Origin: Perna viridis
Taxonomy: Eukaryota
Reading direction: 5' to 3'
Assembly: GCA_037379345.1 (NCBI GenBank)
Contig: CM074517.1
Span: 38,440,001-38,504,000, forward strand
Length of the DNA stretch: 64,000 bases
Part shown: piece after piece, positions 27,301 to 39,985 of the stretch
Layout of the letters: every line of letters starts with the position of its first letter
Position numbering within the stretch: the first letter of the stretch is position 1
Made by a program: the position numbers and the translations under genes
The notes under the pieces: generated by a model
What the model saw: only the letters and a program-made list of their open reading frames with translations
The model's database searches: none
What the model was told of the DNA's origin: nothing

Positions 27301-30300
27301 TTGATTCGACATGACCACAGGTGCAATTAGGGGAATTAACAAGGTTACGACTGAACAGATGTTCGTTGAGTGAAGCGCTGTTCTTTCGCAGTCTGGCATG
27401 TAATATTTGCCCAAGTCGTGTACCAATAAAGTAAAGATTCGGATAATTTATCAAATGTTCCTTAATCTTATTTCTAAAAATGTTAGTGGAACTAGAACTC
27501 CTGGTATTTTGAGGAAGTTTGTTCCACAATTTAACTGTTGATGGCAGAAAGTATTCAGAATAGAAGTTAGTTGTCGTGCGAATTTCTAAACTATTTTGTG
27601 ATTGTCTAGTATAATGTCCATGCAAGGAATCAGCCGACTTCGGAATTAACGATTGCAAATACTCTGGTGTTTCCCAGCATGTGGTTACAAAGATTAAAGA
27701 GTCGACAATGGGTCAAAAGTTGGATTTATTTGGTAAGAAGTAAAAAAGTCAGACATTATAATCTCTCTCGCCTTTTCAACAAGAATTAAACGATAAAAAG
27801 CAAGAGTAATCTCCCATTCAATCTTGCAATAACGCGTAATAATATAATGTTGAGCAGAAGTAAACAGGTTACTTATTAGATATATAATTCAATCTTTTAA
27901 TAAGGTGTTAAAATCAATATTTGTAAATAAAAACAAACAGGCCATTTATAACTTAATTAGGATAATTTTTTGTCCGAATGCGCCGTAACTAGGCGCAGCA
28001 AACGTAACCATTCGACAATTAAAGCCGAGATCAATAGAATGTAAAGAATTACAGTTCCAGAGTGAAACTGTGTCGGGATACCTACACTGTAAATGATTAG
28101 TTGCAAGTATGCATGGACTTTTAGGGGTTGGGTTCAGAAAATTATAAAGGTTGAGGTCATGGCTACCATTTGTTCATTTTTGCACCAATTTTCCACGAAA
28201 TTAACAAATTTTTTCTACAAATCTAAAGAGGGGTGTGGTTTCAACCAACGGAACCCCTGGATCCGCCACTGACTTCTCATACTTCAAAGATTTTTTTTTC
28301 AATATTAAATGAGAAAGTACTTGATTGTATGCTTTCCTGAAAAGAAAGGACAGAAATGTTTATCTTGATAAATTCAACATTCAGTAAAATTAAAAAGAAT
28401 AATAAATTAGTGAAAATTAGCCGTGTTTTAATGGTAAAAAGGAACTAAATACAAATAAAATATGAATAAAACGTAAAAAATATTGAAAAATATGAGCCCC
28501 AGTTGTGGCTATTGTTCACTAATTCATTATTCTTATTAACGTTTGATTTGAGCCACTTCAACAGATTTTTTTTTATCTTGTAAAATAAAAAAAAGAAAAG
28601 GAAACAGCAACTGCTATTCAGGAGAATCCACAGTTCCGAATACAACCAACCTAGCGTTTTTTAAGCATTTTACAGAAAACTTTTTTTATTCAAATTTTCA
28701 TTTTAGCTATAAAAATTCTTGGATCTCTGATTTTTTTCGCATATTTTAATTTTTTAGACTGTCAATTTTAAGTAACCGATGACTTGGTTAAATGTTTTAA
28801 GAGGAATTATCTATAAGCATAAAAAATAAAAGGAAATGCTGGGTTTCCGAAAACAACAAAACTTCCGCAGTTTTAGGGACCCTAAACTGTACTGATGACG
28901 ATGATTGGGGGGTTTTAACGACCTTGAATACCAATACAGGCCTCTTACGGTCGATGTTAGTGGGTTAGTAGAACCAACTGGTGTTGGTGGCGGAGCCCAG
29001 CCTTCGGGACACCTGATCGAAGAACTCGGTCAGAGTATGTCCTACTAGCGGCTGGGCTGCTGTGTTGACGCTCTGGCATACTCCCAGACCTCACGTGGGT
29101 CCGAGAGCGTTTCCCCACTCCAACTGTTTGGGAGTACGCCAACGTGAAGAGTGGGAAACGGTACTGGAAAAACCATGCTTATCTAATTTGTTTCCCATGG
29201 GAACCCTTATTCGTGTAAAAGCTTATGAAAAAAAGTTGTTTTCTTATTGATCAAAGTATTACAACATAAAATATAGTCACCATGTACAATTTGTCTTTAA
29301 TATATACATGTAACATCTCATTTCAAGAACAAAAATACACTGAACTAAACATGTATATTTTTCTTTAAAATACCGATCAAAACTGTAAACGTTTCAATTA
29401 GAAGGGCGGGGTATTATTTTACCAGGTTGTGAAAGTCCTAAAAGTAGGGTTATCCCCCCGTTTGGAATACTTCCCCTGATATGGAGGGTTTTACCCATTA
29501 TAAAATCAGAAAGTTTAAAAAAAAAATATGCCATATCAAAGATGAAAGAGGGGATATTTATTGTATTTGAAATATATTTTTCTGCTGAAAGACCACTTTT
29601 AAATTTCATATTTATAAAGTTGCAGACCTCAAAATATTTCATTTGATTAGTATTATAATGGAAATAAAACTAAACTTCCTTTTGTAAAAGTTATTCAAAG
29701 TTACACAAACATTCCCACTTTTTAACAATATTTTATAATAGAAAACTTTACATTTATTATAATGGATGAATACAATCCATATGAGGGGTAGTACCCCAAA
29801 TTGGGGGGGGGGGTTAACCCTTATTGCTAATCCTGACGGTGCACCTGGTCCATGCCCTCAGTTTTCAGTTGCTCATTTACTTTTGTTACTTTGAATGTAT
29901 TATTTTGGTTATTATATGTTCTTTGTTGTTTGTGTCTGTTTTCCATGCCTGATCTTTGTCCCTCGATTACATTCTTTTGATTTCCGCTAGAATCTTGGTT
30001 CCCTTGATTACTCTTCCAGGACTTGTTCCCAACCTGTTCACACAAAGTCTTTGCCTCAAAATATACCCGACCTATACAAATTGCTCGTCTAAAATATGGG
30101 TCCTTCATTTGATTTCAAATTTTTTCTACCCTTTGTTCCCGTAAAATGAAATGAGTTAACGACATCATAGGTATTTCGACGTTTTACACAGAAAACCAAG
30201 CTTTGCCATTTGACATTATAATTTGCAAGTTAATTTGAAAAAATATGAAGGTAAACGAGTATGCCCTCAAAAGGTACATCCGACGCAATGACGTATGCTT

Positions 30301-31763
30301 GAAATACATGTTGAATTGTATGTAGTAAAAAACATCTGAAATACAATTGTTTACAAGTATACTGGGACTTTTTATTCCAGAGACTTTACATAACACTCCT
30401 TGATGTATGCCTATATTTGACTTTCGTACAATTACTGAAGTGTGTATTTACAATTATTTCTACGTACAGCCTAATACTTAAAGAGCATGGTACGTAGTTC
30501 CTGCATCTAAGTCTGTTAAAAATAAAATCACATACCTTCAGTCTTGGGGAAACGAACTTTAAGGCTATTTTCGAACTGGGGATGCTATTATTCACGGAAG
30601 TGGCAGAAATATATTTTTTCCGGATAACATGCTATTTTTTCTTTTCTTATTTAAGTGTATTATTTGTTTTTCGAATTTTCGTCTTCATTATTTTCTGATC
30701 CATTCATAGGGTTTTATTGTACTATTTGTCGTCTCCGCGAAATCAAGCAATGACCAAATTCGTTCAAATATACCTCGAGGCATCAGATGTCCAAATAAAG
30801 ATTGTATTCCCAAAACACGTGCATGAGCACATTGGCGGGAAATATGGTACATGACCTGATGAATAGAACTCAAAAGATTGTCGGGTATTGTCACTTGTTG
30901 ATCTCATTTTCACGCTTCATTGATCATAAATGGTGTGGTCTTCGGGGACCATCAAGGCTATGGGCTAATAAATCATTTGAAACAATGAATTAGTTTTTAA
31001 GCAATCAAACATAGTTTTGTCTTTTTGAGGAGATCATTCAACTTTAATTTTTGAGAAAAGTTTTCAATGGTAAAAATAATGTAAATAACGTAAGAAAAAA
31101 ACTTTACTTGTAAAAAGATCAAATGCTTTCAAAACCTCCTTATTCTGGACATTGAAATATAATAGACCATGTCATACATGTGTAAACTGATACGACAGGT
31201 ACAACGCATTATTTTTTAGAATTTTGCACGACATTCAAAATTTATAAAACTCGATTGAAATTTAACCTTGACAACTCGACTGGTATTAAAATTTACGTAT
31301 GTAATTAAAAAAAAATGCTGATTTAAAATTATAGAATACTACAATATGTTGTTATGATAAAAACGCAATTGATACAATTGTGACATACACAATTTTTGAT
31401 ACATAGAAAACGGGCGTGTGACATTTACGCCAATAAAAAAAAAAAACACATTTTCCAATCTTTCACGTTGATAGAAGCAAAAGGCTGAGGCTATGGTGCG
31501 CCGTTTACAATGCACAAGTGAACAAAATGAAAGTTTAATGCAAATGTAATGCAAATGCTAAACGCCGATAAAAAACGAATACAGTTTCTTTGAGATGGTA
31601 TAGACCAAATTAAAACTTATATTGACTGACGCATATAATGATTAAACAGGTCTCGGGATTGTTTGAACGACACCGAACGCTAGTGCAAGTGAATAAATGA
31701 AAAAAAAAACTCACTGTTGTTGAAATTCTGTAATTCGGAAGGTGGCGGCAAACCGGCGCTCAT
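18325..31763 (-). CDS. NR2E-subfamily nuclear receptor (NR2E6/PNR-like), 523 aa
   Basis: Exons 31763-31715, 25415-25173 (C4 DBD, P-box CDGCRG), 21728-21620 (AVQHERSPR), 21180-20804, 20555-20175 ([34 protein letters not shown]), 19271-19101 ([13 protein letters not shown]), 18566-18325 ([23 protein letters not shown]). All GT-AG with consistent phases (1572 nt). Exon 1 is the least certain. Confidence 0.92.
22061..22315 (-). mobile_element. Structured SINE-like retroelement family 2, older copy
   Basis: Homologous to 28895-29155. 10-bp TSD TCCGCTAGCT at 22051-22060 and 22316-22325. Confidence 0.85.
22434..22536. repeat. ~48-bp tandem duplication
   Basis: ATAGATAATCATTAGGACCTAACCTACTAGACCGGAAGT.GATTGTTA occurs twice. 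Confidence 0.85.
25757..25826. repeat. Perfect 27-bp inverted repeat with 16-nt spacer
   Basis: ATGGAGACAATACTTTGCAAATATGCA at 25757-25783; exact reverse complement at 25800-25826. Confidence 0.9.
26868..27674 (-). mobile_element. 5'-truncated LINE (CR1/L2-group ORF2 C-terminus plus 3' UTR)
   Basis: ORF 27107-27658 has [18 protein letters not shown] and [17 protein letters not shown]. 13-bp TSD CAGCATGTGGTTA at 26855-26867 and 27675-27687. Confidence 0.88.
28895..29155 (-). mobile_element. Structured SINE-like retroelement family 2, well-preserved copy
   Basis: 11-bp TSD AAAC(T/G)GTACTG at 28884-28894 and 29156-29166. Tail GGTCGTTAAAACCCCCAATCATCGTCAT. Extensive internal pairing. Confidence 0.88.
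29836..30015 (+). mobile_element. Solo 3' tail of Penelope-like element
   Basis: CGGTGCACCTGGTCCATGC...GTTGCTCATTT...CTTGGTTCCCTTGATTACTCTT, as in 36440-36625. Confidence 0.75.
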
Positions 31764-31869
31764 AATGTGTCACAGAATCTATTATTTTCCTCTTTTCCGT
31801 ACACCATCGGATGGAATGAAGCAAAGATGTCAAGTGATGAGTCGATGTCACTCCTTCATTTTCAAGAAC

Positions 31870-32010
31870 TCAAGCTTTGAGTAGCACACGATTGGTTCGC
31901 ATCACGTGGGCTTAGCATAGCCGATGACCCTAACAATTGATTGGTGTCACACGGTTGACAGAACCAAGAACATCGTGTTCATTGGATAATATTTTAATCC
32001 TACCAATTGA
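31870..32010 (-). promoter_or_regulatory. CCAAT-box-rich promoter of the NR2E gene
   Basis: ATTGG at 31891, 31940 and 31981, CCAAT at 32003 and CACGTG at 31903, all 130-245 bp upstream of the ATG at 31763. Confidence 0.55.
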
Positions 32011-34491
32011 GGAATAATTAGCGTTTATTCATTTTTAAATATTTTTATGCAATGATTTTACGATATTACATGATTATTGAAAATTAAACCACTTTAATGG
32101 AATTAATATTTTGAGCAAATAATGGGGGGTTCGGCTTAATCCTTCGTCTTTCTGCATAGAATCCCCCATAAAAAGCGATTATCCCCACTGTTTGGATCAG
32201 CTTAAATGAAAGAATGTTATTCGTTGTTAAACGTTAAAAAATTAAAGGTTAAGCGCATTTGTTGCCATGAGCGAGGGGCTCTGTATACCATACCCCTTAA
32301 TTTCTTCACCCAGCGAAAAAATGCATTAATTTGATGATTTCAGTGTTTTTATTATTATTTTTTTTTGGTGGCAAAGATGAATAATGTTTTTTTCTTTTTG
32401 TTTTAATTTTTAATTGTGATTCGTAAATAGAGTTCATAAATTTTTATTCATTTTTTCTGAGATACAGAAATAAGGGAACACTACGACAGAGACGAATGAC
32501 ATTTACCAGAAAAGAAAATGATGGAAAACCATCAAAACCAGTTGAATGAACATGTTTGTCAAGACTGTTTGTCTATAAAGTCGATAACTTTTGACAATAA
32601 TCATATTCATACTTTCATTTCTTTTTCTGAGGTCTACCGGACTACATTAAACTGGATAAATCAATCTCTCTGTCCTTCGGACAAATTCGTTTGAGCAAGA
32701 TACAGCATTTATAAACAAACAAATTACACCCTTACAACAGTGAAGTGAATCAACTTGTATGAAGTGGCAAAACCCATTAATTGATCAAATATCTGTATCG
32801 GCTGCAGCCGTTGTTGAAGTAATCGAGTGTCGGTCGCACTCTTTGCTGTAATGTAACTTCACAGGTCCTACTCGAATGCTCTCAATGGAGACTGGATCAA
32901 AGTTAGGTGATGAAAATTAGCTTAGTTAGAGATTAACGTCGCACCATTACGTGTCTTGATATTTGAGACAAGTTGTTTGGGTCATGCTTTTGATCGTTCA
33001 TGGTCTGGAACTGCAGGACAAAAATAAATAATTGGAATTAGTAACTTTTCTATTCAGTCCAGTATATGTTTTTTTAGGAATCAATGCGTTTGTGAATACT
33101 CATTGTTTTCTTTGTTCCGTTAAAATTCTGAATAGTTCATTTTATTTTATTTTTTTATTTTTTTTTTTTTTTTTATTTTATTTCTTTTTTCGTTCAATTT
33201 GCTTTTTTAATAATTGTATTTGGTTGAATTTTTTTATTTAATTATTTTGTCATTTTATATATTTCAGTTTAAAAACTCATATGATACAATCAACCCTTTT
33301 AATAAACTCACATAGATGTATTTTTTTTTTTCTATATAGATACGAATGACATGTCTTCTTTGAAAATCAAAGAAAACTCCCAAGAATATTCAAGAGTACT
33401 TATAGAGTACCTCAGATTCAAACTGAAGGGCAAACGTGACATTCAGAAGACTGACACAGGCAATTTTTATATATATAAGGATGAAAACAATCCTCTTCAC
33501 AGAAGATTTACCCTCTCAGAAATTTCTAGTTTTATTCTTTAATTCATTTATTGAAATAATCTCTGGTTAATTGCAAAGTTAATTGTATGTCTTAATTTTG
33601 TCGTATTTTCATGGTTTTATTACTTTTATAACAAACTGAGTTAATGACCACGATATTGACACGAACTAATGAAAAATGAAAGATGTTTTTCTTTCCCATG
33701 GCTGTTTTTGCAAATGGATTTCTATCTTGAACACGATTCCCAACGACTTGAGTTAGACTCTTTGTCTATAGCGGTCAAATTAGATGCGGGTATGAGCTAT
33801 ACTATATGATTTCAGAGCTTTTTGAACAATTGTGTTCTATTCATTTTTGTTGTGAAAATTATGAAAAATAAATACTTTTAAAGGAGTAACAATGTTCCTC
33901 TGGACTTTTGGCGTTTTTCCCTTCAACATTCGTTTAATTCAAAATAGCTCAAGCAGCGGCGGCCATTTAAATTGTTTAAAAATCCAGGTTTCTTGCTAAC
34001 AAAATGATTAAATTTGGAATTTGACTCAGAATTAAACATTCTTTACACAGGTGTTTATAAAGTTAAATTTACACTTTCAAATTTAGTCATCATAAAAGAC
34101 CAAAATATCTATTTGAAACAAAAAATGTCTGCCCTGCCTTATCAAAAGCGACGCCCCTCCGAATTCTACTGGCAAACCTCTTTGACTATATGTAAGAACG
34201 TCACACTGGTATCATTTTTTAGGTCATCATTCAAAATTTGCTATTTAAGTGCGAAAAATTCCAAATCAATTTTTAGGAGTTATGATATTTTTTTTGGTGA
34301 GGGTGTGGGTGTGGTTGAGGATTCAAGACAATATGTAACCGGTAAAAAACGAATTTTCCCAATGCATGGTGCCATTTAATTATTGTTTTACCGATTCTTT
34401 TTTCCAAGATTTTGTTAAATATACTACAATTACACATGTATGTTACGAGGGATATCTTGAGAACAGTATCGGGGGTGTGAAACATAATTAA

Positions 34492-34875
34492 GTACTTCTC
34501 CGTCTAAGAATCGGGCAAAATGTATAGAAGGTTTGGCACATGAATAGAAAAACGCAGAGATTTTATTGCATTAACCAATTAATTATACCCGATAACTACC
34601 AGAAGTAACCATCAAAGTGTTAGAAAAAATTGTCTTTTTAAGATATTGATAGGTCGAATTTAGTTGAAATGCACTATGGAAAAATGGCGGGAAAATTTTC
34701 CTGCACTCTTTCCCTATATAAACAATCAAAAAATATTTACGTCAAAGATGCTTCAAGATAAATTTAAACAGCTTTTTGGTTGTTTTCTAGATGTACTGAA
34801 TATATTTTAGGCAAAATGACTAATTTGGGGGAAATGATGTGCCACCCATTGCCTGATTCTTACACAGAATGGTAC
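34492..34875 (+). mobile_element. MITE family B (TTAA target, GTAC termini), copy 1
   Basis: TTAA|GTAC...GTAC|TTAA. Homologous copies at 37201-37561 (inverted) and ~56662-57041. Confidence 0.8.
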
Positions 34876-35109
34876 TTAAAACGTGCCTTTCTTAAAATAT
34901 GAATTTGCCCTAATTATCTGAAGTACTTAATTTGATTTGGTCTGAACCACACGCAAGTCACTCGCAGCGATTTTTGTGTGTGAATTTTCTCGTGCATTTC
35001 GTGAAATTTCGACTAATTGGCTGCATTCGTGGCAATCTATAATGACGGTGAAAGGGTAAGATGGGGAAAGTTCTAGTATTTACGCCGAGATCAACACTCC
35101 TTTGTATTA

Positions 35110-35577
35110 AGGCTAAAAACCACTAATTCCACTTTCCATAGGCTTCTATGCTAATTTCACAATATTCAATGGCTTCTCTGGACTTTACCTTAACTTTAAC
35201 CTGCAGAGGACTATATATCAGCATGATTCTACATATGTCAGCTCACAATCCTCAGAATGGCATGTGGGGTTAGCAGACTTGCAGTGCAGTACTGGTCACC
35301 GGAAGTGAAGTGTCTATAAATAGCATGGGAAATCCCAGTGTTTTCACAAGATAGGGGTATATTTGGAAATCATTATGGAGATTAGGCTTCACATCACAAG
35401 AAGCAAAATGCACCTATAAAATGTACAGAAATGTTTTTCCTTTCAGAAACTGTTTAAATTTTTTAAATAAGATGAGAACTTTTTTCACAGCACTATGAGG
35501 AACAGGGGTAATTTCTGTGTAGGACTATTTTTGCGTACGTTCCAAATGCTCATTGGTTGATTGGTGGTCTGTAACCT
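35110..35577. mobile_element. MITE family A, copy 2
   Basis: Reverse complement of 2561-3029 with few differences. Confidence 0.85.
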
Positions 35578-35739
35578 GTACTATATTTGTTACCGATTTG
35601 TTAATTTAGACTAAGTGTCAGTCTCTGTAGAATCAGTCAGTGGGTTTAACATAGTGTAAAATATCTCACCATTTTAAAAGTGTAATTTGACTATTTGAAC
35701 CATTAGAAAATCTGGTAAATACAAGATTTTCCGCATTTT

Positions 35740-36625
35740 TCAACAAACGGTCGGCATTCCAATGGGAACAAATTGTGCTCCTCTACTTGCTGATCTATTC
35801 CTTCTCTCTTATGAGGCTGACTTTATAGCTGATCTGATCCGAAAGAAAGAATATCGTTTAGCTAGATCCTTTAATCTCAGTTTCCGCTATATAGATGACA
35901 TACCATCTTTAAACAATCCTAATTTCGGGGATTTCATACATCGCATCTACCCCAAAGAACTTGAGATAAAGGATACTACACACACTGTGGGGTCAGCCTC
36001 ATATCTTGACTTACACTTACAGATCAATGGTAACTATTGACCAAACTTTACGACAAACGTGATGACTTTTCATTCAGAATTGTCAACTTTTCTGTGGCAA
36101 CATCCCTTCAGCACCTGCGTATGGAGTTTTCATATATCACAGCTCATACGTTATGCCAGAGCTTACCGAAACTACGTAGACTTTTTGTATCGCGCTATAA
36201 TTCTAACAAATTGGCTTCTTGAACAGGGTTGTGTTGCTACAAGATTGAAGTAATCACTACAGAAGTTTTATGGTTGTCATCATGAACTCATGGATCGCTA
36301 CGGTGTATCTATCTGCGCCATGAAAACTGATTTGTTCAACGTGTCATAGTTTTTCTTTCCTCTTTCGTCTACCCTGGACTTGACTTTTTATAAGCAACTC
36401 GGCGGGTGTTTGTAGAAAAGCAGAGGACGCTTACCCTACCGGCGCACCTGGTCCATGCGCCCAGTTTTTAGTGAAATCCGAGTTGCTCATTTGCTTTTGT
36501 TGCATTGTATGTGTGATTTTAGTTACTTTATATTCTTTGTTGTGTGTGTCTGGTATTTTCCATGTCTGGTTCTTTTCCCTAGATTACATTCTTTTGATTA
36601 CCTTGGTTCCCTTGATTACTCTTTC
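35740..36625 (+). mobile_element. 5'-truncated Penelope-like element (C-terminal RT, Naiad-like) with 3' UTR
   Basis: GIPMGTNCAPLLADLFL, FRYIDD, IYPKELEI, SASYLDL, TKLYDKRDDF, ISQLIRYARA. Frameshifted. The coding region ends ~36349 with no C-terminal GIY-YIG. Confidence 0.85.
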
Positions 36626-37200
36626 CATATCACTTTGGTAAATTGAATTTTAATTGCATTGGAATGCAGTGAAAATGAACATTTCAAAATATCACTTCTA
36701 TTGAAAAATTTCCGAACAAATCCAGTAATGCAGAAATCAAATTGTGGTCTTTTCAAACAAAGAAATCATCCTTGAGTGAAATAATATTATCAGATCGATG
36801 TGTTTTTGGTATGGATGTTTCTGGTTTTTCACAGTTTGCCTGATTCTTACACATATATACTGTCTTACACCGCCTCAACAAGTAAACTTGTCTCTGCTGT
36901 TGACTTGTTTGTGTTTGTGTTTTTTTTCGACATTTTTGGCAGACGAAAAATATCGATTTCAACTTTTTATCTGCATAGCTAATCGTAAGTTTCCATGTAT
37001 ACGTAACTGCGATTAGTTTTTTTGAAACACGCGTAGTCTTAATTTACATTACCGTAAATGTTCTTGTGAAACGGTCAGCTGGGTGGTGACTGCATGCAGT
37101 CAAATGTGTCCTTATTGCTTGTGTTGGGTTGTATAAACCTTTAGTGTGTTCATAGTAACAAAAAAATCAAGTATAGCAAGTTAAGCTTCGTCAATTTTAA

Positions 37201-37561
37201 GTACCTTTCTGTGTAAGAATCAGGCACTGGGTGGCACATCATTGATCTCAATCTGGTCTTTTGTATATTCAATACATCTAGATAATTTAAAGTCATTCTA
37301 AAGCATCCGAGGCATAGATACTTTTTTACAGATTATATAGGAAAAATGTGCGGGGAAATTACCCTGCCATTTTTCCATATATATTACATTTCAGCTAAAT
37401 TTGATCTATCAATATCTAAAAAAGGCAAAGTTTACAAACACTTTGAAAGTTATTTCTCGAGGGTATGAGGTATAAATACTAGTATGCTGCAGTAAAATCT
37501 GCTTTTTTTCTCATGTGCCACACCTTATATACATTTGTCTGATTCTTAGACAGAGAAGTAC
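37201..37561 (-). mobile_element. MITE family B, copy 2
   Basis: Inverted homolog of 34492-34875, preceded by TTAA. Confidence 0.75.
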
Positions 37562-39363
37562 ATAAACGCAACGAATTATATCTCCCGCCATTACCTTAAG
37601 CGTTTTTTTTTTACAATAAATATTATAATTTAAAAAAAATCGAAGACTGAAGTCTTCAAAGTCGCTAATGGTCAAATATTCAGGGTCACCGATTTTGGCT
37701 TACTTTCAACATCCGAAATGGTACGAATGCGATATGCTCTAAAATCGGGCGACTTCCGCTAAAATATTGGTTCCCTTGATATGATTGCGTACTCTTTCGT
37801 AACCGTGATGACCCGAATGTTTTCAATCACCCGGAACAAGATTAAACAACTTGCAAAGGCTATGCATAGATATCGGGTTCTGATGACCTTAATACAGTCA
37901 ATTGTCACGAACGCCTGAAGAAAGAAAGAAAAACACGCACAGACATGTGTATGATATGTTTTAAAAGAGGTACGTTACTGACCAGTGAATCAGCTTAGGA
38001 ACCACATTTTGCAACTGGCAATAAATAGTCATAAATATTGGGGCGTGCTAATGTATATGACATATATAGTCTTATAACGAGCCCCAGTGCCTGAATTGGA
38101 AACTGACTAATGTTCAAAGCTAACCGATCATTTCAAGTAAAATTCCCATTCTCATACAGGCAAGAAACACACGTAGAACACACGTGTATGATACTAAATT
38201 TCCAACTCGTATGAAACTAGAACTATGACGCTATGGCGGTAAACACGGCGAAGATTTGCAGCATTGCGTGGCGTATATTTATGCAAATCATATGCGAATA
38301 TTAAGTACCGAAATTACGAGTGCAAGACGTTGCTAACAATATTAGCGACTTAAAAAGAGTTGCCCACATCAAGAAATTTTCTTCAATTCTAAAGAAAAAA
38401 GGAATAAAATAAATTGAAATTTCCATGAACTGCATAATTTAAATAAGTGCCTTTGGATTTTAAAGGAAAATAATGTCTTTAAACGAAACTAAAAATTTTC
38501 CCTCGTCTACGTTAAAAAGCCTTTTGAAAATGTCCGAAGAAAAGGAAAATATTTTGTGCTGCCTTTAGCTTCTACATTGCGACCTGCGCAAATATGCAGC
38601 CCGAATTTGTCATATATCCACGTGGAAATCGAGCTACATATTTGATAGTGGAAACAAGCCCCTGCGAACAAACACCTGTCTATTCAGCTGGGGGATGACG
38701 TCACATGTGGGTTTGATTAAGACTTAAAAGTATATGTCTGTAAGAATGAGGCAGAATAGGAAAAATCTGAACCATGTATCATGTCAAAAACTGATAAGAC
38801 AATATAATTTCACTCATGGGAGTTTGTTTGAAATTACAAGTATCACTGGAGATGTCTAGAAATTTCATTAGAATGTAGGAAAATTTTGGTCAATGACAGA
38901 GTACGTTATCTGCCCCTGGAATGTTTAGTTATGTACATTTGAATGAAATTATAATTCATTTTACCACGATGATATGGGAAATCTTGTCTTAATTTCTCGA
39001 TCCTGATGATCCCAGTAGTCAAGTTGCAATGTCAAAGTTTCAGCTGCTACCTGATATCCACAGAAAATGACAATTAATTAGTTGTATTTAATATACATGT
39101 ACCTGGGACATCTGATTATTAACTTGAAGTGCGATTTAAGGGTGGGTTATCACTCAGATAATTACAGAGAAACATGTAAAAGCAAGACTCAACAAGCTAT
39201 CTTATTTCTATAATCAAATACATACACCTGTCTCTTTTGAAAATTTAATCTTTAATCAATATAAAAAGATCAATGGGCGAAGTTCGCTAGACCGGATAAC
39301 TGGTGAATAAATTATTTTAATCTCATTACCCCATTACCTGAAAAAGTTTCAGTCTTTGTGTTT

Positions 39364-39368
<5 letters not shown>

Positions 39369-39398
<30 letters not shown>
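39369..39398. repeat. (TA)n microsatellite
   Basis: Direct read. Confidence 0.95.
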
Positions 39399-39400
<2 letters not shown>

Positions 39401-39985
39401 TTTTGTTCTTAATTAGTAACAGCGCACCAAATAGAACGGATCCTGGATTTCATGATATGAACGATATAAACTGAAAGAAACGAGGCAAACAGTTGTTTTG
39501 GGGGTATAGTTCGTGAAAAAATCAAGATTTCATGCAAACTCCACCTCCCCAATTTTAGGGGGCGTACGCCTTGTCTGTCCTCTATATGAATCCGCGCCTG
39601 TCAAATTCAGTCGTAGCCATTATTGAATCTTTTTTTTTTCGACAGATGTCCCGAAGAGTAATCTCCCTTGTCGCATTTCCAACACCACCACTCAGCCATA
39701 CTTAAAAAAAAGAGCAGCCCGAATTTTATTTGTATTTGCAATTCCCAATTTTATTTTTTTTAATTTTTTTGGGGGGGTTGGGGGTATTTGGACATGGGCA
39801 TTTTCCAAAAATGAGGCCTTTTGCGCCAGTTTACTTTTCGACTTTCATAGTTAAATGAATACAGGTAACTTTATATTTGATATTGTTTTTGTGCTATATT
39901 AAATGCGCGGTGTGGTTATTGTATGTTATTCACCATTTAAAAAAAAAATCTCGTTATAACTGGTTGTTCATCTCTTTGGCAAGTA

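Noticed and set aside
29000-29040. Hammerhead core (CTGACCGAG...CGAA) in SINE family 2
   Set aside because: Spacing differs from CUGANGA, the bases are tied up in a hairpin, and there is no GAAA-stem III-UH arrangement.
36350-36625. SECIS / selenoprotein-type Naiad
   Set aside because: The 3' UTR ATGAG pairs fully with CTCAT rather than forming a GA quartet, and the Cys codon in GTNCAP is TGT, not TGA.
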